From Acidobacteria bacterium Ga0077553 (lineage in GTDB: Bacteria; Acidobacteriota; Terriglobia; Bryobacterales; Bryobacteraceae): a DNA stretch of 64,000 nt. The notes beneath the pieces were generated by a model. The model did not search any database. It had not been told where the DNA came from and saw only the letters and a program-made list of their open reading frames with translations. Shown piece by piece: positions 45,578 to 54,514 of the stretch. How positions within the stretch are numbered: the first letter of the stretch is position 1; every line of letters starts with the position of its first letter. Both the position numbers and the translations under genes were made by a program. Location: NCBI GenBank assembly GCA_001464575.1, contig LNFE01000138.1:5116-69115 (forward strand), given 5' to 3'.

Positions 45578-46447
45578 CTAGTTAATCTCCTGGGCGCGGG
45601 CGACGGCGAGTTCAAGGGCGCGGCGGACCATGACGGCGCAGAGGTGGCGCCGGTAGGCGGCGGTGCCGCGCATGTCGGAAATGGGAGAGGCGGCCTCCTG
45701 CGCGATCTTGGCGGCGGCTTCGAGCGCTTCGGCGGTGGGCATCTGGTTGAGCAGAGACTCGCCGGCGGCGGGAACGAAGAGCGGCGTAGGAGCCACCGAA
45801 GAGAGGGCGACACGGGCGGCGGAGATAACGCCGTTTGAAAGCGTCACCGAAGCCCCTGCGCCGACAACGGCGATATCCATTTCGTTGCGTGGAATGAAGC
45901 GGAGGTAGGCCGCGCCGGAGAACGGAGCGGGCGCGGGAATCTGGATCGAAACAAGGAGCTCGCCCGGCGCGAGTTGATTGCGCCCGGGGGCGGTGCAGAA
46001 CTCGTCGACGGGTACCGAGCGGCGGCCGGCGGGCCCGGCGATGAGCGCCGTGGCTCCCAGAGCGATGAGCAGAGGGATGGAGTCCGCGCTGGGGGCGGAG
46101 TTGCAGAGGTTGCCGCCGAGGGAGGCGCGGCCCTGAATTTGCGTGCCGCCGATCCAGGAAGCTACTTCGACCAGAGCAGGGTAGTGGGATTGAATGGCGG
46201 CATCGGCGGTGAGCCGGTAGCAGGGCACGGCGGCGCCGATGGTCAGTCCGTCGGCGGGGTTGAACGAGATCTCGTTCAATTCGGGAATCTTCTTGACGTC
46301 AATGACGACGTCGGCATCCTTCCGGCCGGAGCGGAGCTGAACCAGCAGGTCCGTACCGCCGGCTAGAAGCCGGGCAGACGGTTGACTGGCCAGCAGGCCG
46401 ACAGCTTCCGGAAGGGAGGCGGGAGCAGCATAGTCGAAGGCTTTCAC
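45578..46447 (-). CDS. FAD-binding medium subunit (CoxM/XdhA-like) of xanthine dehydrogenase family enzyme
   Basis: MKAFDYAAPASLPEAV...LLAGGTDLLVQLR and SDMRGTAAYRRHL motifs. Confidence 0.85.
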   Translation of the reverse strand: MKAFDYAAPASLPEAVGLLASQPSARLLAGGTDLLVQLRSGRKDADVVIDVKKIPELNEISFNPADGLTIGAAVPCYRLTADAAIQSHYPALVEVASWIGGTQIQGRASLGGNLCNSAPSADSIPLLIALGATALIAGPAGRRSVPVDEFCTAPGRNQLAPGELLVSIQIPAPAPFSGAAYLRFIPRNEMDIAVVGAGASVTLSNGVISAARVALSSVAPTPLFVPAAGESLLNQMPTAEALEAAAKIAQEAASPISDMRGTAAYRRHLCAVMVRRALELAVARAQEIN

Positions 46448-46471
46448 ACCGTTTAGTGTACCTTTGAGGAG

Positions 46472-46993
46472 ATGCGTTGGTTCATGATTTTCGGGTTAAC
46501 CCTGTGCCTTCAGGGGCAGGTTTTACAGATGGGCGAGGCGAGCGAAGGGTTCGTGCCGATGTTCAATGGGCGCGACTTCGGCCGCTGGGAAGGGGACGAA
46601 CAGGTCTGGCAGATTGAGCGCGACCGCATCTGGGGATCAACCGACAAGCTGACGGGGCGGAAGCGCAGCCTGGCGCTGGTGCACCGGGGCGAGCGCTATC
46701 AGGAATTCGAACTGCGGAGGGAGTTGTGGGTGCAGAGTGAGGATCGCGGGGAAGGGGTGATGGATGGGCCGTTCGTTGAGATTTCTGATTCCCGAAAGTT
46801 GCTGAAGGCGAACGAATGGATGGAGTACAAGCTCCTTTGCAAAGACGGAAAGATGACAGTGTCCGTGAACGGCGAAGTGAAGCAGGACGACCTTCCGGCG
46901 ACCGCGCAGGCCGGGCTGGTCGCTTTTGAGATTGAGGCCGTTCCCGCGATGGAAGTCCGGCTGCGGACGATCCGGATCAAGAAAATTCGCTAG
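46472..46993 (+). CDS. DUF1080 (3-keto-disaccharide hydrolase-like, LamG fold) secreted protein
   Basis: Signal peptide, the GFVPMFNGRDFGRWEGD...W motif, and a C-terminal VEVRLRTIRIKKI typical of DUF1080. Confidence 0.7.
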   Translation: MRWFMIFGLTLCLQGQVLQMGEASEGFVPMFNGRDFGRWEGDEQVWQIERDRIWGSTDKLTGRKRSLALVHRGERYQEFELRRELWVQSEDRGEGVMDGPFVEISDSRKLLKANEWMEYKLLCKDGKMTVSVNGEVKQDDLPATAQAGLVAFEIEAVPAMEVRLRTIRIKKIR

Positions 46994-48708
46994 CGGATAG
47001 TCACCGTGACCGGGTTGGCGCGGACGCCATCCACCATCAAGCGGATTTCGACCTCACCGCGGCCGCGCAGTTCGGCCGGAAGCACGAGATTCACCTGGTC
47101 AAGGCCCGGGAATTCGGGTTGGGGGCCGGCGTAGAGGACAGGCACAGGGATGCCGCCCACGGTGGCGGTGGCGCGGATGCCCTGGCGGAGGCCGGTAGCG
47201 TAAAGGGAAAGCGCCGCGGGCACCGGCAAGGGCACCGGTTGGCAGTTGGGGACGCAGGCGAAGACGGGACCCGAGTCAGCCGTGGCCGCCGCGAGGCCGG
47301 CCGCGTTCAAAGTGTAGACGCTCGGCGCCACGGGGGCGATGCGGCTCTCGGCGGTAAGGACAGGCCCATCGGAGAGCACACGGATCGAGGCTGGCCCGAG
47401 GGTGGTCTCCGCGGGAACCAGCAGATTCAGTTGGGTTGGCGAGGCGTAAAAGATCGTCGCGGGGCGGTCCTGGATCTCGACGCGCGGGGCGTCCGGCATG
47501 GGCCCGTAGAGGGAGATGATCGATTCCGGAGCGACGGCGGGCGCAACGCCGAGCGAAGGCAACAGACCGTGGTACCGCGCCATCCAATAGGGCAGAATGT
47601 AGTCGACGCCGGCGTTGCCAATGGTGCCGGCGCCGCCGCCCGCGAGTTGGAAGGGGCTGCGCTGCCAAAGAAAATCGGTGGGCACCCGGCGGTCCACTGG
47701 CAGCGGCTCGCAGGCTTGGCCATTGCAGACAGGGACTTCGTTGGCGCGATCGACGTAGAAATCGCGGCGGGGGCGTTTGAGCCAAAGTTCGAGCAGGGCG
47801 AGGGCTTCGGCGTCGCGGCGAGGGTCTGGGGCGGTGAGGGCGTGGTCGATCAGATTGAAGAAGGCGTTTTGATGACCGGCGGTGTAGCGGCGGGCGATCG
47901 CGTAGGCGTTCGAGTAAGAGGCCTTGGCGGGGGAATCTTCAAGACGGATTAGCGAGTAGAAGGAGGTATAGATGAGGTTGAACTTGAAGTAAGAACTCGT
48001 CGAGAGCGAGTCGAACGCAACGGGCAGCGAGACGGAGTCGGCGAGGCGGGCGCGGTGTTCTTCGTAGATCGGGGTGAATCGCTCGGGGTGGATCTGGCGG
48101 GCGATTTGGAGCACAGCAAGGATGTGGTCGGGGCGGAGCAGGAAGGGAGACCAGTTATCGGCGATCAGATAGTCGGCCAATCGGGAGCCGAGGACACGGA
48201 TGGCAGGCCGGAGGGCGGGGATGTGCTCGTAGGCGACCGAGAGGCCGAAGAAGACTCCCAGGTACTGGTCGCGGGACGTGTTGCCGATCCAGGTGGCGTT
48301 CAGGGCGTCATTGCGGAAGACGCCGTTGGCGGCCTCTTCGCGCTCGACGCCGGGCCGGAAGGGGGAATCGAGCGGCAGGCGGCAACGGGCCAGGGAGTTG
48401 TTTCCGGTGATGGCGACCAGGCCATCGAGGGCAGCGAGGGTGCGGGTGGCGTTGGCGAGCGCATCGGGAGAACGCGTGACGCGATAGCGGAAGACTTCGG
48501 CGGCGAGGTAATGGCCGGTCCAGATGGCGGAATCGCCGCAACGGGTATATCCCGTAACTTCCGAAGAGGAGGAAGAGGCGTAAAAGGGGTCGAGGATGGT
48601 GCCGAACGGAAGGTGGCGGGCTTGGATCTGCGCGGAGATGGCCAGCGCCTCGGGCTCGGAAGCCGGCAGGGCAAGCGCCGTTAAGAGGGTAAACGCGAGG
48701 AGGCGCAT
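46990..48708 (-). CDS. secreted protein with Solibacter-type C-terminal domain (TIGR03437-like)
   Basis: ATG at 48708 (MRLLAFTLLTALALPA signal), 20 nt after the upstream stop. The C-terminus IISLYGPMP...NLLVPAE...LSLYATGLRQ...TVGGIPVPVLYAGPQPEFPGLDQVNLVLPAELRGRGEVEI resembles the Soli_cterm domain as I recall it. Confidence 0.7.
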   Translation of the reverse strand: MRLLAFTLLTALALPASEPEALAISAQIQARHLPFGTILDPFYASSSSSEVTGYTRCGDSAIWTGHYLAAEVFRYRVTRSPDALANATRTLAALDGLVAITGNNSLARCRLPLDSPFRPGVEREEAANGVFRNDALNATWIGNTSRDQYLGVFFGLSVAYEHIPALRPAIRVLGSRLADYLIADNWSPFLLRPDHILAVLQIARQIHPERFTPIYEEHRARLADSVSLPVAFDSLSTSSYFKFNLIYTSFYSLIRLEDSPAKASYSNAYAIARRYTAGHQNAFFNLIDHALTAPDPRRDAEALALLELWLKRPRRDFYVDRANEVPVCNGQACEPLPVDRRVPTDFLWQRSPFQLAGGGAGTIGNAGVDYILPYWMARYHGLLPSLGVAPAVAPESIISLYGPMPDAPRVEIQDRPATIFYASPTQLNLLVPAETTLGPASIRVLSDGPVLTAESRIAPVAPSVYTLNAAGLAAATADSGPVFACVPNCQPVPLPVPAALSLYATGLRQGIRATATVGGIPVPVLYAGPQPEFPGLDQVNLVLPAELRGRGEVEIRLMVDGVRANPVTVTIR

Positions 48709-48727
48709 GCTATCTGCATTGATAGCA

Positions 48728-49690
48728 CTATTCGACGATGGGAAGTACGAGGCCGAAGGTGAGGAAGCTGCGGAGTTTGTCGACGAAGTGTTCGCCGGCG
48801 GAGACCCGAGCCCAGCGAATGGAGGCGCGTTCCCGGTTCTCACTAAAGAACCCGACGCCGCCAGTGGAGAGGCGGGGGTCGCGGAAGGTGTCGATCACCT
48901 TGCCGCCCACAAGCGTAACGAAACGGTCCCCCGCCGCGCGGACCTCATACTCGTAGAAAGCCTTCTCCTCCAGGCGGATAGGCAGCGGCAGCCGCAGCCG
49001 GCGGGTCTCCTTGCCGCCAACCACGCTAAAGCGCACTAACTCGGTGGCGCGGGATGCGCCCCGGCCACTTACCATCAACTTAGTGGCATAGTAATTGCGA
49101 TGATCCCCGGCGCGGACCGCCCAGTTGATCGACGTGCTTTCAATGCGGCCTTCAAACTGGAACCGGTAGTCGGACAGGTCGCGCGAATCCTTCCAGATGC
49201 GCAAAGCGCCGGGGCGGACCAGCCCATTATCGAAGCTCCAGCCGGGTCCGCTGCCGGCGGGCAGCCAGTTCCGCAAACTAGAGGTGACGAACTCCTGGCG
49301 AAGCTCCACCGGGGGAGTTCCCTTCGGCAACTGAGACAGGATGCCCGCCGCCTGCTGCGAGAACCAGCTCGGCCGCCTGCTCTCGGATTCCCCGGCCGGC
49401 ACCGCCCCTCCGGAAGAGTCAAGCGAAAGCACGAGGATGCCACCAAGGGCCAGCAGTCCGAGAACAGCCGCCGTCGACCGTGTCGAGGAAGTCTGCTGCT
49501 TGGTCGCGGCTTCCACCGGGTCTTCCGCGCCATCCCAGGAGGCGACGGTGTGATATTCCAACTCGCCCAATTCCCGCAGCGTCCGGGCGGACCGCGCCCC
49601 TCCGGCGGCTTTGTGGGCGTCGGAGCAGTATTCGCGATCCTTTAGGCTTCGCAATAGGCCTATCGGTTTTTGGCAGTACTTACAGTTCAC
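48728..49690 (-). CDS. zinc-ribbon-like N-terminus, one TM helix, extracytoplasmic LamG/DUF1080-like domain
   Basis: MNCKYCQKPIG...EYCSDAHK at the N-terminus and a TM helix AAVLGLLALGGILVLSL. The C-terminal jelly-roll-like region reads YRFQFEGRIES...GGVGFFSENRERASIRWARVS. Confidence 0.6.
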   Translation of the reverse strand: MNCKYCQKPIGLLRSLKDREYCSDAHKAAGGARSARTLRELGELEYHTVASWDGAEDPVEAATKQQTSSTRSTAAVLGLLALGGILVLSLDSSGGAVPAGESESRRPSWFSQQAAGILSQLPKGTPPVELRQEFVTSSLRNWLPAGSGPGWSFDNGLVRPGALRIWKDSRDLSDYRFQFEGRIESTSINWAVRAGDHRNYYATKLMVSGRGASRATELVRFSVVGGKETRRLRLPLPIRLEEKAFYEYEVRAAGDRFVTLVGGKVIDTFRDPRLSTGGVGFFSENRERASIRWARVSAGEHFVDKLRSFLTFGLVLPIVE

Positions 49691-49818
49691 GTCTACGCTT
49701 CCACCAATAGGATGAAGCAGAATGGCCAGTTTTGCGCACGACTAGGTATGTATTGCTTGCATCTTCAGTAATTCGCCCTAAGCAGGCTTCACTGCTAAAA
49801 TGAAGGTTCCGATCTTTT

Positions 49819-50853
49819 ATGCTCCAAACTTGGTACGAACGCTGGATCACGCAATGGGAAACGGCGCTATGCTTCCGGTCGACGGACCGCGTCGTGCGGC
49901 CCTTCGAGTGGGGTATGGAGTGGACCGAGGGCTGGCCCGTCACCGCCGGAGACCGCAGCGATCCGGAGCAGTACTTTCGCCAACTGAACGAGTCGATTCT
50001 GGCCTCGCCCGACGCCTTCTTTGCCTATGACAAGCCGTCGGAGTTCCGTTTGGAAGGAGAGTGGCTGCGGTTCCGGACGCCGGCGGAGAGTCCGCATCCC
50101 GCCAACAATCTGGTCCATGCGATGTGGTGCCCGGCGGAGAAGCCGAACGGCAAGGCCGTCGTCGTGTTGCCGCACTGGAACTCGGCTTTACCGCAGCACG
50201 TGGGATTGGCCAAGGGAATTGCGAAGTTCGGCATTTCGGCTTTGCGCCTGAGTCTGCCGTACCACGACTACCGGATGCCGGCCGAGTTGCACCGGGCTGA
50301 TTACGCCGTCTCCTCGAATGTCGGCCGGACGCTCGAAGCGACGCGGCAAGCCGTGGTGGATGTCCGGGCCTGCGTCGACTGGCTGATTGGGCAAGGATAC
50401 TCCGAAATCGGGATCGTCGGAACCAGCTTAGGGTCATGCTATGCGTTTCTGGCCAGTACGTTTGACCCCCGGATCAAGGTGAATGTCTACAACCACTGCT
50501 CGTCGTACGTCGCCGACGTGGTCTGGACCGGCCTTTCGACCATCCACGTCCGGAAGGGATTTGAAGAGCATCTCGACCGCGACCGGCTCCGCGACCTCTG
50601 GGGTGCGATCAGCCCGATGAACTACCTGCCCCACTACGCGGCGCACCAACACAAGAAGAACCTGTTCATCTATACCAAGTACGACACGACGTTCCTGCCG
50701 GAGTTTTCCCGCGAAATCGTCGGCGCCATCGCCGACCATGGCATTCCCCATAAGGTGGTGGCGCTGCCCTGCGGCCACTACACCATGGGCGAATCCCCGT
50801 TTAAATTCATGGACGGCTACCAGATCATCAACTTTCTGAAGAGGAACCTGTAG
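49819..50853 (+). CDS. alpha/beta-fold hydrolase
   Basis: Nucleophile elbow GIVGTSLGS (GxSxG) and a C-terminal His context LPCGHYT. Confidence 0.7.
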   Translation: MLQTWYERWITQWETALCFRSTDRVVRPFEWGMEWTEGWPVTAGDRSDPEQYFRQLNESILASPDAFFAYDKPSEFRLEGEWLRFRTPAESPHPANNLVHAMWCPAEKPNGKAVVVLPHWNSALPQHVGLAKGIAKFGISALRLSLPYHDYRMPAELHRADYAVSSNVGRTLEATRQAVVDVRACVDWLIGQGYSEIGIVGTSLGSCYAFLASTFDPRIKVNVYNHCSSYVADVVWTGLSTIHVRKGFEEHLDRDRLRDLWGAISPMNYLPHYAAHQHKKNLFIYTKYDTTFLPEFSREIVGAIADHGIPHKVVALPCGHYTMGESPFKFMDGYQIINFLKRNL

Positions 50854-51402
50854 GTGGTGGAACCGTTTGCCGTCCAGTCGCTCGTGGCCGGGTGGCGGGA
50901 CGAGAGTGACGGCGAGGCGTGGAAGAGCCGGGAACTGATTCTCCTGTTGCTGCGGGAGACGCCCTATCCTTTCGCGCGAAACCAGTTCTCACCGGGGCAT
51001 CTCACCGCGACCGCCTGCGTGATGCACCCCACGGAGGCGGCCGTCTTGCTGGTCCATCACCGCCGGCTGGACCGCTGGTTGCTGCCGGGTGGACACGTGG
51101 AGGTCGACGTCGATACGACCATCGCGGGAAGCGCCCGGCGGGAGGCCGTGGAGGAGACAGGAGTCGTACTCGACGCAGGGTCCGCGCCAGTGCTGGTCGG
51201 CCTGGATGTGCATGGCATCCCCGGGCGGAAGAAGGAGCCGTTCCACCTGCATCACGATCTGATCTTCCGGTTTCGAGCGGAGTCCGCAACGGTAGAAGGG
51301 TCGGACGAGGTGCGGGCCACGGCCTGGTGCCCGGTCGACCGCTTTGATCATTACCTGCTGCCGCAGCCGATCCGGCGGGCGGTGCGGCGGTCGCTCGGCT
51401 GA
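50854..51402 (+). CDS. NUDIX hydrolase
   Basis: GTG directly after the preceding stop. The Nudix-box-like GGHVEVDVDTTIAGSARREAVEETGV has a slightly longer spacer than the consensus. Confidence 0.8.
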   Translation: MVEPFAVQSLVAGWRDESDGEAWKSRELILLLLRETPYPFARNQFSPGHLTATACVMHPTEAAVLLVHHRRLDRWLLPGGHVEVDVDTTIAGSARREAVEETGVVLDAGSAPVLVGLDVHGIPGRKKEPFHLHHDLIFRFRAESATVEGSDEVRATAWCPVDRFDHYLLPQPIRRAVRRSLG

Positions 51403-51410
51403 TAATTTTC

Positions 51411-51440
51411 GGGAACTCCCGGGCACCAGGCCGTATATAA
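51411..51440 (+). promoter_or_regulatory. putative ECF-type (GGAAC ... CGT) autoregulated promoter, overlapping a TATAAA element
   Basis: GGGAAC at 51411-51416 and CGT at 51432-51434, giving a 15-nt spacer that is 1-2 nt shorter than typical. TATATAAAA follows, and the ATG at 51453 has no obvious SD (very short leader). Confidence 0.3.
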
Positions 51441-51452
51441 AATTAGCCAGCT

Positions 51453-52001
51453 ATGGGAAACCGAACCGACGAAGAGCTTCTGCCCGCCTTATCCCAAGGC
51501 GACGAGGCAGCCTTCACGGTGGTGTACCGGCGGCGGCAGGGCGCCATCTATCGCTACGCGTTGCAGATGACGGGTTCGGCCGAGACGGCGGCGGAGGTGA
51601 CGCAGGAGGTCTTCCTCGCGTTGATGCGGCAAGGCGGACGGCTCGACGGAGAACGGGGCACGGTGTTGAGCTGGTTGTACGCAGTGGCGCGCCGGCAGGT
51701 GCTGAAGCATGTCGCCGTCGAGAAGCGCTACGAAGGTATGCCGGAGGACGAGGCGGAGCCGGCCGTCGACCCCCGCGAGGAGATGGAGAACGCGGACCTG
51801 CGGGAGCAGTTGCGGGCGCTGATTCCCACGCTGCCGGCGGTGTTCCGGGAGGTGTTGGCGTTGTGTGTGGTGGAAGAGATGAGCTACGGAGAAGCGGCCA
51901 GGATTGCGGAGGTTCCGGAAGGGACCATCCGGTCGCGGCTGCACCGGGCCAAGGCAATGTTGGCGGAGCGGATGGCTCCGGCGGTAAGGAGGGTGCTGTG
52001 A
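51453..52001 (+). CDS. ECF-family RNA polymerase sigma-70 factor
   Basis: Region 2 (FTVVYRRRQGAIYRYALQMTGSAETAAEVTQEVFL) and region 4 (VFREVLALCVVEEMSYGEAARIAEVPEGTIRSRLHRA). Confidence 0.9.
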   Translation: MGNRTDEELLPALSQGDEAAFTVVYRRRQGAIYRYALQMTGSAETAAEVTQEVFLALMRQGGRLDGERGTVLSWLYAVARRQVLKHVAVEKRYEGMPEDEAEPAVDPREEMENADLREQLRALIPTLPAVFREVLALCVVEEMSYGEAARIAEVPEGTIRSRLHRAKAMLAERMAPAVRRVL

Positions 52002-52513
52002 TGGATCGGCAACTGCGGGAATGGGCGGCCGAGCAGAGGTTGGAGTCGGCGCCGGTGAGCGTGGAGCTCGTGTTGCGGCGGGAGTTGCGGGCGCGGCGAT
52101 GGAAGCGGCGGATGGCGTGGACCGCGCCGATCGCTGCCGCTGCGGCGTTGGCCGTGTTCTTCTGGCCGCAGGCGAAGCAGGCTCCGGCGGTCGAGCCTGC
52201 GCCGGTGGCGGCACGGAGTATCGAGCCTGCGCGGGAGTTGCTCGAAGGGGCGAAACCGGCTGCGCCAGTGGTCCGGCGGGTTCGCCCGCCGCAAGGGCCC
52301 GCCCCGCAGCCGTTCGTGGCCGTCGGCGCGTGGCAGGCGGTCGAGCCGATTGAACGGGCCAACATCGTGCGGACCGAATTGCCGCGCGCCACGTTGGCGA
52401 GATTTGGGATGCCGGTAGGAGCGGGTCGATGGGCCGAGCCGGCGCCAGTGGACTTGTTGTTGGGGGAAGACGGAACCGTGCGGGCGATTCGCCTGGTTTC
52501 GTCGATTCAATAA
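52001..52513 (+). CDS. putative anti-sigma factor (single TM, no zinc-finger motif)
   Basis: The ATG overlaps the sigma-factor stop (GTGATGG). It has a short cytoplasmic segment, a TM helix WTAPIAAAAALAVFFW and a Pro/Ala-rich periplasmic part. The call rests on position and topology only. Confidence 0.6.
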   Translation: MDRQLREWAAEQRLESAPVSVELVLRRELRARRWKRRMAWTAPIAAAAALAVFFWPQAKQAPAVEPAPVAARSIEPARELLEGAKPAAPVVRRVRPPQGPAPQPFVAVGAWQAVEPIERANIVRTELPRATLARFGMPVGAGRWAEPAPVDLLLGEDGTVRAIRLVSSIQ

Positions 52514-52532
52514 AGGTTTAGGAGACAAAGCA

Positions 52533-53399
52533 ATGAAGAAACTGATGGGAATAGGAATGGTGGCCGGAGCGCTGGTCTACGGGCAAGCGCCTCCTCCTCC
52601 GCCGATGCCGCCAGGCGTGAACGCCGGGCGGATTGAGGTCCGCCGGGCCGGGCCGATCGGGGCGATGGGGTGGAGCACCGTCTCAGACGTCTCGATTGAG
52701 ATGGCGCTCGTAAAGGGAGCGCCGTTTTCGGGTGAGTTCGTGACGGAAACCGTGCAACAGTTGGCGGACGGCAACCGCATCGCCTCCAAGCGGAGCGAAG
52801 GGTATGCGCGGGATGGCGAAGGCCGGACGCGGCGCGAGATGGGACCGATGACGTTTATCCACGATCCCGTGGCCAAGGTTGACCTCATCCTCGAAAACCA
52901 GAAGAAGACGGCACGAAAAGTCACGCTGCCGGATCTTCCCGCCGGTGCGCCGGGCAAGAACGTGATGATCTTCGACTCGGCCGCGCCGCCGCCTCCGGGA
53001 GGATCCATGCCGCAGGTGATGACCTTCACCCGGACCATGGCGGCCGAGGGCGAAATGCCGAAGTTTGAAACCAAAAGCGAACCGCTCGGCAAGCGCATGA
53101 TTGAAGGGACGGAGGCCGAAGGGACCCGGACCACCGTGACCATCCCCGCCGGCGCGATCGGCAACGAACTGCCCCTCGTGACCGTGAGCGAACGGTGGAT
53201 GTCGACGGAACTGAAGACGCTCGTGCTTTCGACGCGGAAGGACCCGCAGTCGGGGGAAACGACCTATCGCCTGACGAACCTGCGAAAGGGCGAACCGGCG
53301 CGGATGCTGTTCGAAATACCGGCCGACTATACGACCGCCGAAGAGAGCCACACGCCGCTGATGATTCAACGGATGCGGATTGAGAAGAAGAACGACTAA
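52533..53399 (+). CDS. secreted hypothetical protein, third gene of ECF triad
   Basis: Signal peptide MKKLMGIGMVAGALVYGQA with an SD-like AGGAGA upstream. No motif recognised. Confidence 0.65.
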   Translation: MKKLMGIGMVAGALVYGQAPPPPPMPPGVNAGRIEVRRAGPIGAMGWSTVSDVSIEMALVKGAPFSGEFVTETVQQLADGNRIASKRSEGYARDGEGRTRREMGPMTFIHDPVAKVDLILENQKKTARKVTLPDLPAGAPGKNVMIFDSAAPPPPGGSMPQVMTFTRTMAAEGEMPKFETKSEPLGKRMIEGTEAEGTRTTVTIPAGAIGNELPLVTVSERWMSTELKTLVLSTRKDPQSGETTYRLTNLRKGEPARMLFEIPADYTTAEESHTPLMIQRMRIEKKND

Positions 53400-53408
53400 C
53401 CTATAAGG

Positions 53409-53942
53409 GTGTTTCAGCTTCCTCCGTTTTTTACCAATCCGGAGTTTTTTACTCTATCCGCGGGGCTGGCCGTACTCACGTCGATGATTACGCCAGCCCT
53501 TCTGCTTTCCGCCACGGGTACGTTCATCCTCTCTACCTCCACTCGCCTTGGCCGCTGCATCGACCGCATCCGCAAGATCTCCGATCTTCTCGAAAACGAC
53601 TTCGATCCCGAACACGAAACGCGAATCAACCCGGAGCGCAAGAAGATGCTTCTTGGGCAAGTGGATATTCTGGGCCGCCGCGCCCGTCTGTTGCAGCAGG
53701 TCATGCAGGTTTTGTATTTGGCGGCGGCGATGTTCGTCGGCACCAGCGTCTCCATCGGCATCGCTTCCGTCTTTGTCAAACAACTCAGTTGGATGCCCAT
53801 CACCATGGGGCTGGGGGGCGCGTGTTTTCTGGCCTACGGCACCTTCCGGTTGATTTTCGAGGCCCGCATGTCCGCCCAGGGCCTGCTGTGGGAGATTGAA
53901 TTCATGGAGCGCGGCGCCGAAAAACATCAGGAGGTGCGGTGA
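53409..53942 (+). CDS. DUF2721-like membrane protein
   Basis: GTG start and three hydrophobic helices. The N-terminal pattern (LTSMITPALLLSATGTFILSTSTRLGRCIDRIR) resembles DUF2721. Confidence 0.65.
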   Translation: MFQLPPFFTNPEFFTLSAGLAVLTSMITPALLLSATGTFILSTSTRLGRCIDRIRKISDLLENDFDPEHETRINPERKKMLLGQVDILGRRARLLQQVMQVLYLAAAMFVGTSVSIGIASVFVKQLSWMPITMGLGGACFLAYGTFRLIFEARMSAQGLLWEIEFMERGAEKHQEVR

Positions 53943-54514
53943 CCAACGGCGCCCTGCCACTGGTGCTCGAAGACTACCGCCGGCAGATTGAAAGCATCAA
54001 AGCCCGGGGAGTGGCGCTCGCGGAGCGTTTTACCGAGGCCCAGATGCGGGAGCGCCCGTCCGCGGCCGAATGGAGTCCGGTAGAGATTTTCGACCACATG
54101 CGGGTCACTGTGGAGCAGTATGTGTTCGCGATCGATGCGGCGGTGGCGGCAGTGCCAAAGTTCGCTGTCGCTGACCACGAGCCGAACTACGGTTGGGTTT
54201 GGCGTCTGTTCTTGCGGACGATTGAACCGCCCGTAAAGAAGCGTTTCCGCGCCCCGAAGGTGTTTGCGCCTGGGGTGCAGCCCGGAGTGGCCGTCACGTT
54301 GAAAGGGTTTGTGGCCGCTCACGATGCTTTAATCGAGCGCATCCACCGCGCGGCGGAGTACGATCTCGAACGCGTGAAAGTCGTGTCCCCGGGGAACTCC
54401 CTGCTGAAGCCCCCGTTGGGCTGCGCGATCTTGACGATGGCAGCCCACGGGAGAAGGCACCTGGCCCAGTTGCAGCAGCTAGCGGGTGCGGAACTTTCCG
54501 GAGAGCGCGGCTAA
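53939..54514 (+). CDS. DinB-family protein
   Basis: EWSPVEIFDHM and MAAHGRRHLAQL motifs. The GTG overlaps the preceding stop. Confidence 0.7.
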   Translation: MTNGALPLVLEDYRRQIESIKARGVALAERFTEAQMRERPSAAEWSPVEIFDHMRVTVEQYVFAIDAAVAAVPKFAVADHEPNYGWVWRLFLRTIEPPVKKRFRAPKVFAPGVQPGVAVTLKGFVAAHDALIERIHRAAEYDLERVKVVSPGNSLLKPPLGCAILTMAAHGRRHLAQLQQLAGAELSGERG

